Under the pieces are notes generated by a model. That model saw nothing but the letters and a program-made list of their open reading frames with translations, searched no databases and was not told where the DNA came from. The position numbers and the translations under genes were made by a program. DNA of 62,756 nucleotides, counting the filler. It is 7 parts of 7 records of this genome, joined end to end, with 100 filler letters (N's around TTAATTAATTAA, not from the genome) between each part and the next. Parts side by side here need not be neighbours in the genome. Positions count along the whole stretch, not along the records: positions 10,142 to 18,498 come from SRR31156797_7886; positions 18,599 to 29,097 come from SRR31156797_7907; 5 more parts are not named here. The stretch is one strand, 5' to 3'. Shown here piece after piece: positions 10,787 through 20,486 of this stretch (within the stretch, counting starts at the first letter, position 1; the number at the start of each line of letters is the position of its first letter).

Positions 10787-11724
10787 ACTAACTCCTAAAA
10801 AATTTTATACATTATATGTTTTCACTTTTTAATAAAAAGTAAATATTTTTTTCACTTATGTATTTTTAGAACCAAGATAAGGCTTAATCTAAACTATTTT
10901 AAAACGGGAATAATAAAACATATAACAAAATAGATATATAAAACATTTATAATTTATATAAAAATATATATTTCTATATAGAATAAAGTAATTATTTTTT
11001 AATTTTTTTGAAAAAAAGTATTATAAAAAGCACTAAAATCTGTAAACTGAAATTTTTTTTGAAATTTTTTATTTATTATATTTTAATCTTCGTAAGCATA
11101 AAAAAAGACTATTTAACTAGATAAAGAGATGAAAAAAAACAAAAAAACTTTTTTTCATTAAATATATTTTTATATTATATTAATTTTTATTATTCTTAAT
11201 GGTTTAAAGTTAAATTAAGTATTATAAATAGTCAAAGTGTCTATAGATGAGCACTTTTATGTTTTTCAACTAGTTAAATAACGAACATCTATGCATAAAT
11301 TGTTCCTTTGAGATATTTTTTCTGTATAAAATTTTATATTTTTTATTTAATCTTATTAATATCATTTTTAAATATAACATTTTTTGTGTTTTGTATATTT
11401 TCTATTCAAAAAATTATTTTTTCTCCATGAATATTTTATATACAAGTCCACACTTTTTAATTTTTTTTATTACTGCTAAGATTCTTCCCAATAAAACGCA
11501 TATTATTAGCTTATGCAAACATTGTCTATATAAACCTTTAAATTAATTTGTTTAAGTAATAATATTATTTTTATTTCAAATTCTGGTGTTTTATATGAGT
11601 TTTTTTCATATAAAAAAATATGATTACAAGATATACAGTTGTGTAGGATCGAGAAACACATTTTGCTTTTGTGCTCATCTTGTATCAAGTCTCGATTAAT
11701 TAAATATTCACATAAGGAAAAAAA

Positions 11725-12822
11725 ATGACTAAAAACAGAAGAGATTTTATCAAAAAAGCTGGTTTAGCTGGTATCGGTGCAACTGTTGCCGCACCTATTG
11801 TTGCAAGTGCTGATTCAAAGAAAACTTTTAGATGGAAAATGACAAATTGTTACGGTGCAGGTGCACCTTTTTATTCTTCTGGTCCAGGTAGTGCTAGTTA
11901 TTTTTGTAAAAGAATTGAAGAGTTATCTGATGGAAGATTAAGAATCAAACACTATCCAGCAGGTGAACTTATTCCAGCAATGGAAGGTTTCGATGCAGTA
12001 TCAAAAGGTACTATTGAAATGAACTGGGGTAACTCATTTTTCTGGGCAGGGAAAACTTTTGCAGCGCAATACTTTACAGCAGTACCATTTGGTATGAACT
12101 ATCAAGGAACAAATGCTTGGCTTCAATTTGGTGGAGGACAAGAGTTATGGGATGAAGTTTACAAACCTTTTAATGTAATCGGACTTGCAGCAGGAAACAC
12201 TGGTGTTCAAATGACAGGTTGGTTTAAAAAAGAGATTAATTCTGTTGAAGATTTAAAAGGTCTAAGAATGAGAGTTCCAGGACTGGCAGGTAAAGTATTA
12301 GAACAACTTGGTGTTAGTGTTAAACTTCTTCCTGGTGGAGAGATCTTCCCAGCATTAGAAAGAGGTGTTATTGATGCAACTGAGTTTGTTGGACCATTCC
12401 AAGATAGAAGAATGGGATTCCAAAAAGCTGCTAAATATTACTATACAACTGGTTGGGGTGAACCAAGTAATACAAGTGAGTGTTTAATTAATAAAGATGC
12501 ATGGGAATCTTTACCAAAAGATTTACAAGCAATCGTAAGAGCAGTTGCTGCTGAGTGTAACCTTATGGGTCTAGCATGGTCAGAAGCAAATAACTCTGAA
12601 GCTTTAGAAGACTTAGTAAACAACCAAGGTGTAATAGCAAAAACATTACCAGATTCAGTTATAGAGAAATTAAGAGAAGTTACATTTGCAACTTATGACA
12701 AGTTAACAGCAGGTGATCCATTAGTTAAAAAAGTTCACGACAGTTACTTTGCTTTTAAAGCAATGCACGATGATTGGCAAAATAAAAGTGAAGAAGTTGT
12801 GATGACTAAGTTATCATCATGA
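11725..12822 (+). CDS. dctP: TRAP solute-binding protein (DctP, TakP/2-oxoacid-like subfamily), Tat-exported
   Basis: Twin-arginine NRRDFIK; AGNTGVQMTGWF, GLRMRVPGL, PGGEIFPALERGVIDATEFVGP. Confidence 0.9.
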   Translation: MTKNRRDFIKKAGLAGIGATVAAPIVASADSKKTFRWKMTNCYGAGAPFYSSGPGSASYFCKRIEELSDGRLRIKHYPAGELIPAMEGFDAVSKGTIEMNWGNSFFWAGKTFAAQYFTAVPFGMNYQGTNAWLQFGGGQELWDEVYKPFNVIGLAAGNTGVQMTGWFKKEINSVEDLKGLRMRVPGLAGKVLEQLGVSVKLLPGGEIFPALERGVIDATEFVGPFQDRRMGFQKAAKYYYTTGWGEPSNTSECLINKDAWESLPKDLQAIVRAVAAECNLMGLAWSEANNSEALEDLVNNQGVIAKTLPDSVIEKLREVTFATYDKLTAGDPLVKKVHDSYFAFKAMHDDWQNKSEEVVMTKLSS

Positions 12823-13343
12823 TTTTAAGTATTTCAAATAGACTTGATGCGTTTATAAAACGCATCGGTCAAGCTAGTTCTTGGCTTATTTTTATCCTGG
12901 TTCTTATGGTTTCAGGAGATGTTCTTTTTAGGTATTTTTTTCATGTAAGTTCAATTGCTGAACAAGAGCTACAATGGCATATTTTAGCAGCAATTGCAAT
13001 GTTTGGTTCTGCATTTACATTTCAACAAGGTGAACATGTAAGAGTTGATCTTTTTTATCATCACTACAATGATAAAGTAAAAATATGGATGGATATTTTA
13101 ATTCCTTTATTAATAATCATTCCATTTTCTCTATTTATCATCTATTTATCAAGTCAATATGTAATGCAATCTTATGCAACTGGTGAAGTTTCTCCTGACC
13201 CTGGAGGTTTACCATATAGATATTTAGTGAAATCACTTATTCCATTAGGATTTACTTTGATTTTAATTCAAGGGTTAGCAGTTCTATTAAGAGCTATATC
13301 AAAATGTAAAGGGGAAAGTAAGCTATGGATCCGCAAATATTAG
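12819..13343 (+). CDS. dctQ: TRAP small permease
   Basis: 4 TM, ELQWH, HVRVDLFY, SPDPGGL; ATGA overlap with dctP. Confidence 0.9.
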   Translation: MILSISNRLDAFIKRIGQASSWLIFILVLMVSGDVLFRYFFHVSSIAEQELQWHILAAIAMFGSAFTFQQGEHVRVDLFYHHYNDKVKIWMDILIPLLIIIPFSLFIIYLSSQYVMQSYATGEVSPDPGGLPYRYLVKSLIPLGFTLILIQGLAVLLRAISKCKGESKLWIRKY

Positions 13344-14650
13344 CAATTATGATGGTTGTATCCCTTTTTGGACTTATTTTAATTGGAGTTCCTGTAGCTT
13401 TTGCAATTGCTGGAGCTGGTTTATTGTTTGGAGTTATTGGTGTAGATATGAATCTATTCAATCTTCTTCCATCTAGAATTTTTGGCGTTCTTACAAACTA
13501 TACACTTTTAGCTGTACCTTTATTTGTATTTATGGGTATTTTACTTGAAAAGTCTCGTCTAGCAGAAAAGATGTTAGATGTATTAGGTTTATTATCTGGT
13601 AAAAAACCTGGTGGGATGGCTATTGCTATTATTGTAGTTGGTATTTTAATGGGAGCATCAACTGGTATTGTAGGAGCAACTGTTGTAACTTTAACAATGA
13701 TTGCATTACCAACATTATTAAAAAGAAACTATAGTCATAGTGTATCATGTGGAACAATCTGTGCTTCAGGAACATTGGGACAAATATTACCTCCAAGTTT
13801 GGTTCTAATTTTATTAGCTGATATTAGTGGAGAAGCTATTGGTCCTTTATTTGCTGCTGCATTAATGCCGGGATTATTATTAGCAGTTTGTTATATTATT
13901 TATATTGTTTTATTGAGTAAGTTTGCACCTCATCATGTTCCACCTATTGATCAAGAAGAGAGAGAATCTTACTCTAAAAAAGAGTTATGGATTGAATTTT
14001 TTAAATCTGTTGCACCGCCTTTTTTATTGATATTTGCTGTACTTGGTTCTATTATTGGTGGGTTAGCAGCTCCTACAGAAGCAGCTTCTATGGGTGCTAT
14101 TGGTGCATTAGTTATTGTAGGTTTAAGCAAAAGACTAAATTTAGCAATTTTAAAAGAAACTTTATATGAAACTATGAAAGTGACTGGTATGATTATGTTC
14201 GTTCTTATCGCCTCACAAGTTTTCGGACTTAGTTTTAGAGGTTTAGATGGGGATTATTTAGTTGAAGATCTTTTTGCAGCAATACCAGGGGGAATGTGGG
14301 GATCAATTCTATTTATGATGTTAGTTTTATTTGTTTTAGGATTCTTCCTAGAATGGATTGAGATATCATATATTGTATTACCATTAGTATTACCAATATT
14401 CCATGCACTTGATATAAATATGATTTGGTTAGGTATTTTAGTAGCCTTAAACCTTCAATCATCATTTTTAACCCCACCCTTTGGTTGGTCACTCTTTTTC
14501 TTAAAAGGGGTTGCTCCTAAAGAGATAAAAACTATGGAGATATATAAAGGGGTATTGCCATTTATTGCAATTCAAATTGTTGTAATTGCATTAGTGATGA
14601 TATTCCCTGAAATAGCCCTTTGGCTACCAAAAGCAATAGGATGGATGTAA
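13325..14650 (+). CDS. dctM: TRAP large permease
   Basis: GVPVAFA, LAVPLFVFMG, SGTLGQILPPS, PTEAA, SFLTPPFG. Confidence 0.92.
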   Translation: MDPQILAIMMVVSLFGLILIGVPVAFAIAGAGLLFGVIGVDMNLFNLLPSRIFGVLTNYTLLAVPLFVFMGILLEKSRLAEKMLDVLGLLSGKKPGGMAIAIIVVGILMGASTGIVGATVVTLTMIALPTLLKRNYSHSVSCGTICASGTLGQILPPSLVLILLADISGEAIGPLFAAALMPGLLLAVCYIIYIVLLSKFAPHHVPPIDQEERESYSKKELWIEFFKSVAPPFLLIFAVLGSIIGGLAAPTEAASMGAIGALVIVGLSKRLNLAILKETLYETMKVTGMIMFVLIASQVFGLSFRGLDGDYLVEDLFAAIPGGMWGSILFMMLVLFVLGFFLEWIEISYIVLPLVLPIFHALDINMIWLGILVALNLQSSFLTPPFGWSLFFLKGVAPKEIKTMEIYKGVLPFIAIQIVVIALVMIFPEIALWLPKAIGWM

Positions 14651-14651
14651 T

Positions 14652-16247
14652 ATGAATAACTTACCTTTCACTCAAGTTTCAAATAATGGTATGGTGGTTT
14701 CACCTCACCATTGCGCTTCAGACGCTGGACTTGAGATTTTAAAACAAGGGGGAAACGCAATTGAAGCTACAATTGCAGTTGCCTCATCTTTAGCAGTTCA
14801 CTACCCACATATGACGGGGATTGGTGGTGATGCATTTTGGTTAATCTATGACCCTAAAGAGGGTGTTAGTTTTATAGAAGCGTCAGGATACTCAGGCTTT
14901 GATGTAAATATGAGTCAATATCAAGGGCTAGAAACAATACCTTTTAGAGGTAGATTAGCTGCAAATAGTGTAGCTGGTGCTGTTTCTGCTTGGGACTTAG
15001 CATACAAAAAAAGTAAAGATGATTGGAATGGGGAACTTCCAACTTCAAAACTTGTAGAAGAAGCAGTTACTTCTGCTAAAAATGGAATTGTTGTTACTGA
15101 GTCTTTATCTCAAACACTTGAAGAAAAAAAAGATGAGTTAATAGTAGATTCTTATTTTGCAAATATCTATTATCCAAATGGAAATGTTCCACAAAAAGGG
15201 GAAAAGCTTCTTCAAGAAAAACTTGGAAAAACTTTAGAAACACTAGGTCAAAATGGATATGATGATTTTTATAGAGGAAACTTATCAGAAGATATTGCAA
15301 AGGATTTAGAGCAAAGAGATGCATTACTATCAAAAAAAGATTTAAGTGAGCATAATGCTTCTTGGAATAAAGCTTTAGAGATGAAAACAAGTAATGCAAA
15401 ACTTTTTAATGCTTCAGCACCAACTCAAGGTGTGGCTTCACTTATGATTTTAGGTTTATTTGATAGATGGGTAGAAAAACTGCCAGAAAAAGATTCAACA
15501 AATCATGTTCATCTATTAGTTGAAGCAACAAAAATTGCTTTTAAACATAGAGACAAAATGAATACAGCAGCAACTCCTGAAGAGTTACAAGCTTGGCTTG
15601 AACCTGAATATCTTGATAAATTAAGTGAAGATATTGATTTAGACAAAGCAATGCCTTGGGGAGAAAATGCAGCTCCTGGTGATACAACTTGGTTTGGTGT
15701 AATGGATAGTGAAGGTAGAGTTGTAAGTGCTATTCAAAGTATTTACCACGAATTTGGAAGTGGATTAACCCTTCCTGAAACTGGTATTGTTTGGCAAAAT
15801 AGAGGTTGTAGCTTTGCTTTAGATTCAACTCATATTCAAGCTTTAGAGCCACATAAAAAGCCATTTCATACATTAAACCCTGCAATTGCATTATTTGATG
15901 ATGGAAGAGTTATGGCTTATGGAACTATGGGTGGAGATGGTCAACCTCAAACTCAAGCAGCAGTTTTCTCTAGATATGCTTATTATGAAGAGGATTTGCA
16001 AACTTGCATAAATAATCCAAGATGGCTTTTAGGAAGAACTTGGGGTAACTCATCTCAAAGTTTAAAACTTGAATCAAGATTTGATGAAAAGTTAATTGAA
16101 GAACTAAAAGAAAAAGGTCATGATGTTGAAATTTTAGGTGAATTAGATTCTGCTGTTGGTCATGCCGGAGCTTTAGTTTATGATTCATCTAAAACAATAA
16201 AAGGGGCATTTGACCCAAGAAGTGATGGTAAAGCATCAAGTTTTTAA
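14652..16247 (+). CDS. Gamma-glutamyltransferase-family Ntn hydrolase, most like oxamate amidohydrolase HpxW
   Basis: GGNAIEA...YPHMTGIGGD; autoprocessing Thr in GDTTWFGVMD; QSIYHEFGSG, WQNRG, PFHTLNP, MGGDGQPQTQ; no signal peptide. Confidence 0.8.
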   Translation: MNNLPFTQVSNNGMVVSPHHCASDAGLEILKQGGNAIEATIAVASSLAVHYPHMTGIGGDAFWLIYDPKEGVSFIEASGYSGFDVNMSQYQGLETIPFRGRLAANSVAGAVSAWDLAYKKSKDDWNGELPTSKLVEEAVTSAKNGIVVTESLSQTLEEKKDELIVDSYFANIYYPNGNVPQKGEKLLQEKLGKTLETLGQNGYDDFYRGNLSEDIAKDLEQRDALLSKKDLSEHNASWNKALEMKTSNAKLFNASAPTQGVASLMILGLFDRWVEKLPEKDSTNHVHLLVEATKIAFKHRDKMNTAATPEELQAWLEPEYLDKLSEDIDLDKAMPWGENAAPGDTTWFGVMDSEGRVVSAIQSIYHEFGSGLTLPETGIVWQNRGCSFALDSTHIQALEPHKKPFHTLNPAIALFDDGRVMAYGTMGGDGQPQTQAAVFSRYAYYEEDLQTCINNPRWLLGRTWGNSSQSLKLESRFDEKLIEELKEKGHDVEILGELDSAVGHAGALVYDSSKTIKGAFDPRSDGKASSF

Positions 16248-16263
16248 ATAAGGACAAATTTTT

Positions 16264-17070
16264 ATGAATGAATTATTAGTTTTAGTACCTATCTTACTTG
16301 CAAGTGGTGTAGTAGCTGGTTTGCTAGCAGGATTACTTGGTGTTGGTGGAGGAATAGTAATTGTTCCTATGCTTTATCATATATTTATATATATGAATAT
16401 TGATATCTCAATTGCGATGCCTTTATCAATTGGAACATCTTTATCAACTATTGTTGTAACATCTATTATCTCAGCAAGATCTCACCACAAAAAAGGTGGT
16501 ATTGATTGGGATTTATCAAAAAAATGGATTCCATTTGTGATTTTTGGAGTTTTAATTGGAGCATTTTCATCAAAGTTTATTGATGGTACTAATTTAAAAT
16601 TTATGTTTGGTATTTTACTTTTAGTTGTATCAATCAATATGATTATCAGTAGTTTCAAAAGTCTTGTAATAGCTGAATCGCTTCCAGGTAAATTTGGGCA
16701 ATCAATTTTTGCTACACTTCTTGGAGGATTTGCATCACTTTTAGGTATCGGTGGAGGAACATTAATGGTTCCATTATTATCACTATTTTCATTTCCAATT
16801 CATAGAGCTGTTAGTACAGCTTCATTGTTTGGTTTGATTATTAGTGTACCTGCAACTATTGGTTATATTCTTGTTGGTTGGAATGTAGAAAATTTACCTT
16901 TAGCTTCAACAGGATATGTTAACTGGTTGGCATTTATTGTTCTAGTTCCTATGACAATGTTCTTTGCTCCATATGGTGTTAAGCTTGCATATAAACTAAA
17001 TGTAAAACAACTTAAATTAGCTTTTGCTATCTTTTTAGCTTGTGTGGGATTAAAAATGGTATTGGTTTAA
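16264..17070 (+). CDS. TSUP/TauE-SafE family exporter
   Basis: Duplicated GLLGVGGG / SLLGIGGG motifs, about 8 TM. Confidence 0.88.
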   Translation: MNELLVLVPILLASGVVAGLLAGLLGVGGGIVIVPMLYHIFIYMNIDISIAMPLSIGTSLSTIVVTSIISARSHHKKGGIDWDLSKKWIPFVIFGVLIGAFSSKFIDGTNLKFMFGILLLVVSINMIISSFKSLVIAESLPGKFGQSIFATLLGGFASLLGIGGGTLMVPLLSLFSFPIHRAVSTASLFGLIISVPATIGYILVGWNVENLPLASTGYVNWLAFIVLVPMTMFFAPYGVKLAYKLNVKQLKLAFAIFLACVGLKMVLV

Positions 17071-17222
17071 AACCAATACTTCCCACAGAAAAACTCCTCT
17101 TTTATCCACTCATTCATTTTTCACATCAAATTTTACAATATTTATAAATATACTTTTGATATAATATAAATCTATAAAATATAATATTATATAAAAATAT
17201 ATAGAAAAAAGTAGGTAAGTAC

Positions 17223-17819
17223 ATGTCATTCGTAGTTTATAGTATCAAAGGTGGTGTTGGAAAAACAACTTTATCAGTTCAAATTTCTCAAATGTTAGAG
17301 TATACATATGTAACAAATGATTCACACTCTTCAGCTCATAACCTTATGCCAGAAGAAAAAGGATTTTTAGTTTCAAAAGAGGATTATGAAGAGATTCCTT
17401 ATGATGATAATGTTGTTTATGACTTTGGTGGATTTAAAGATGAAAGAATAAAAGATATAATAAAACAAGCAAAAAAAGTATTAATCCCAACTCTAACTTC
17501 TATTGTAGATTTACAAGCAACTCTTGCAACTTTAAAAGATGTTTTAGAGATAAACAAAAATATTGTTATAGCTATAAATAGAGCAAAAAACAATAACAAA
17601 GCAAAAGAGTTAAAAGAGTATTTAAAAGAAGAAATAAAAAAAGAGTTTGATAATCTTGATATTCCTATAATTTTTGTAAGAGAATCTTCTGTATTAGAGG
17701 ATTCACTTTTTGATTGTGAATATATTGAAAACAAAGCTGGGAATAATAGATTTAAAAGACATATATATAGAAATGCAATTGAAGATATGAGCAATATTAA
17801 AAAAATACTAAAGGATTAG
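17223..17819 (+). CDS. Small ParA/MinD-family ATPase (type Ib-like, no HTH)
   Basis: Deviant Walker A SIKGGVGKTT, Walker B VVYDFGG, INR motif; 198 aa. Confidence 0.8.
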   Translation: MSFVVYSIKGGVGKTTLSVQISQMLEYTYVTNDSHSSAHNLMPEEKGFLVSKEDYEEIPYDDNVVYDFGGFKDERIKDIIKQAKKVLIPTLTSIVDLQATLATLKDVLEINKNIVIAINRAKNNNKAKELKEYLKEEIKKEFDNLDIPIIFVRESSVLEDSLFDCEYIENKAGNNRFKRHIYRNAIEDMSNIKKILKD

Positions 17820-17820
17820 T

Positions 17821-18087
17821 ATGAGTTATGCAGATAAACTAAAACAAAACTCTTCTAAAATCAAAACAGATGAAAAGGTTTTAGAAGAGAAAACAAAAAA
17901 AAGAATGGGAAGACCCAAAAAAGCTAAAGAGGAAGTAAGAAACACTGCTATTCCTGTAGCTCTTAGCCAAAAAGAAAAAGATTGGATTGAAGAGCAAGCT
18001 TTGAATATGTCAAAAGAGATAGGAGTAAAAATCACTACCTCTGCTTGGATGAGAATGAGACTTTTGAAAGATATGCCAAGCAATTAA
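17821..18087 (+). CDS. Small basic protein, probable ribbon-helix-helix partner of the ParA
   Basis: Starts 1 nt after the parA stop; KRMGRPKK followed by a strand-helix-helix pattern (AIPVAL-SQKEKDWIEEQA-TTSAWMRMRLL). Confidence 0.6.
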   Translation: MSYADKLKQNSSKIKTDEKVLEEKTKKRMGRPKKAKEEVRNTAIPVALSQKEKDWIEEQALNMSKEIGVKITTSAWMRMRLLKDMPSN

Positions 18088-18498
18088 GAAGATGAAATCT
18101 CTTTAAAAACCTCATCACTAGCTTTGATAGTTGAGTCAATCATCTCATCTGTTAAAGCTGTGCATATAAAACCTGTCTCAAGTTGAGAACCTGCAAAATA
18201 GAAACCTCTATCTAGCATCCCTTTATAAAACTTTTTAAATATTTCAATTTTACTTTTTGTTGCAATTTCATAATTTGTAACTTTTTCATCATTGAAAAAT
18301 ATTCCAAAAATAGAACCTCTTACATCTGTTTGCATAGTTATTCCATATTTGGCTGCATTTTCTTTTAAACCTTGTGTTAATTTTATCGCTTTTTGTTCAA
18401 GCGTTTCAACTAGATTTGGTATTGATTTAAGTTTTTTGATAGAAGCTAAACCTGCACTCATAGCAATAGGATTTCCACTTAAAGTTCCTGCTTGATAA
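18084..18498 (-). CDS. hemL: Glutamate-1-semialdehyde 2,1-aminomutase, C-terminal part
   Basis: YQAGTLSGNPIAMSAG...GSIFGIFF...SQLETGFI; 5' end cut by the linker. Confidence 0.9.
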
Positions 18499-18598
18499 NN
18501 NNNNNNNNNNNNNNNNNNNNNNNNNNNNNNNNNNNNNNNNNNTTAATTAATTAANNNNNNNNNNNNNNNNNNNNNNNNNNNNNNNNNNNNNNNNNNNN
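18499..18598. other. Artificial contig linker
   Basis: N44-TTAATTAATTAA-N44. Confidence 0.98.
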
Positions 18599-18779
18599 GA
18601 TGCGTTGGTTCGCAGATAAGTACCCAGACGTCGAATTGAAGAGTTTGATGTAAGAGTCGTTTATATGACGGTGTTTTAAGACTGATTTAATCTGTTTTTT
18701 ATTGAAAAGAAATAATTAGATGCGTTGGTTTGTAAGAAGTCCTTTTTTATTGAAATTGATAAGAAGGGGCTTTTTTTGT

Positions 18780-19685
18780 ATGGAATGGGAAGAGATTATT
18801 GGAGAGTTTTGTTTAGATATTACTGTCAGAGGATTTTCAAAAATAACAATTAAGAATTATAAATCTAAATTGTCGAACACAGCAAAGTTTTTTAAATCCA
18901 TTAGTGTTTGTCCATCAAATTTGAAAAAAACTCACGTATCTTTGTGGATTTTAGATATGCAAGAAAAGCAAATGCAAGCATCGACAATAAATCTAAGCGT
19001 AAGTCGGATGAAAAAGCTATATGACTATATGTTAAAAGAAAATTATGTTGAGAATAATCCTTTCGAAAGAATTGAAAGATTGAAAGAGCAGACTAAGGTA
19101 ATTTATCCATTGAATGATTTTGAGATTAAGCAAATGTTATCAGCTGCAAGAAATCATAGATACAAATATATAGCACAACGAAATGTTGTGATTCTGATGT
19201 TAATGATTGAATGCGGACTAAGAATTAGCGAAGTTTGCGAAATCACGGACGTGGATATAATGAGTAATCAAATTCTTATTAAAAATTCTAAAAATAATAA
19301 GGATAGAGCAGTGGCGATTAGTCCAATTATAAAAAAAGAGATAATAAAGTATCAGCGTTTAAAGAAGAAAAAGTATGGTTCAATTAAAGGCAATCCGTTT
19401 ATAATCAGTAATAAGTCAAGCAAACTTAACGAAAAAGCAATTTGGCAAATTATGCAAGAAATAAAGAAAGAAATACAAGTAAGGAGTTGTGTAAGATTCT
19501 CAGGACATACATTAAGACATACATATGCGAGTATGCAATTAAGAAATGGTTTAGATATTTATACGCTGAGTCTAAATATGGGACATAGTACAATTCAGAT
19601 GACTCAAAGATATGTTCAGACGTTAAATAGTGAAGATTTTATTGAGAAATCTATTAAAACAAGTACTCTGATGAATTTGAGATGA
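18780..19685 (+). CDS. Tyrosine recombinase/integrase (SAM-like N domain + catalytic domain)
   Basis: CGLRISE (R), SKNNKDR (K), GHTLRH (HxxR), MGH, TQRY (Tyr nucleophile). Likely start MEWEE at 18780. Confidence 0.92.
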   Translation: MEWEEIIGEFCLDITVRGFSKITIKNYKSKLSNTAKFFKSISVCPSNLKKTHVSLWILDMQEKQMQASTINLSVSRMKKLYDYMLKENYVENNPFERIERLKEQTKVIYPLNDFEIKQMLSAARNHRYKYIAQRNVVILMLMIECGLRISEVCEITDVDIMSNQILIKNSKNNKDRAVAISPIIKKEIIKYQRLKKKKYGSIKGNPFIISNKSSKLNEKAIWQIMQEIKKEIQVRSCVRFSGHTLRHTYASMQLRNGLDIYTLSLNMGHSTIQMTQRYVQTLNSEDFIEKSIKTSTLMNLR

Positions 19686-20226
19686 TTCATTCACTGATGC
19701 TACTGGTCAAGAAGTTAAAACAGCTTTCTTAGACTTTGAATTGGACTTCCCAATTAAAGCACAAAAAATGAACTCAGCAGCAGAATTAGAAATTCGTGCG
19801 ATGTCTACTGAAAAATCAGTAATCACACAAGCGTTTATTGATGAAGTATTGGCTAAATCTGCTGAATTGATTGAAAAATCTGACTTGGCTTGGAAAAATT
19901 CTCACACAAACTTGCAAGAGTTTACGAATGACGAATACCAAGCATACATGGAAGATAACGGAGCATACTTCAATGACTTGAAAGCACAATACCTAACTCA
20001 AAAAGATGTTGACTTTGCTCGTAAAGTATTGGAAACTGCTAAAGGAAATAACCAATTCAAAAAAGATGAAGACGGTAATACTTCAGGAACTGAAGTAACA
20101 GAATCTACTGTTGAAGAAACAACAACAGTTCCAGATGAAAAACTTGTAAAAGAAAATACTGCAGTAGCTGATGAATCAGCTATCCCTGCTGAGGATTTAC
20201 TAGGCTTAGGTGATTTATCTATTTAA
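19681..20226 (+). pseudogene. 5'-truncated fragment of an acidic protein (SSB-like acidic tail), function unknown
   Basis: Frame open from 19681 (DDSFTDATGQEVK...) with no ATG or RBS; biased, highly-expressed-type codons; ends ...AEDLLGLGDLSI. Confidence 0.5.
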
Positions 20227-20249
20227 TAATAAGTAATAGAGAGGAAATT

Positions 20250-20300
20250 AAATATACACGAGAAGATAGATTGTTTGTCTAACTTCTCGTGTATATTTTT
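20250..20300 (+). terminator. Strong hairpin terminator
   Basis: AAATATACACGAGAAG...CTTCTCGTGTATATTT 16-bp perfect stem followed by Ts. Confidence 0.8.
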
Positions 20301-20486
20301 GTATAGAATTAAAATTAAATATATGCGATGAATTACCTATACTTAACGAAAAAATTACAAAACGTTGTTTAATAATTAAAGTGAATTTTTAGCGGTGTCA
20401 TTTAAATTAATAGAATTTAAGCGTTTACTTAGATAATATGATATAATTAAATTAAAATCTCATATTATAGTAGGGAGTTATTTCTT

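Noticed and set aside
10787-11100. Cobalamin or NiCo riboswitch upstream of the DUF4198 gene
   Set aside because: No B12-box or GC-containing stems are recognisable on the coding strand.
17417-18083. Minus-strand ORFs of 125 and 85 aa
   Set aside because: Antisense to the parA/RHH pair, with shadow-like composition.
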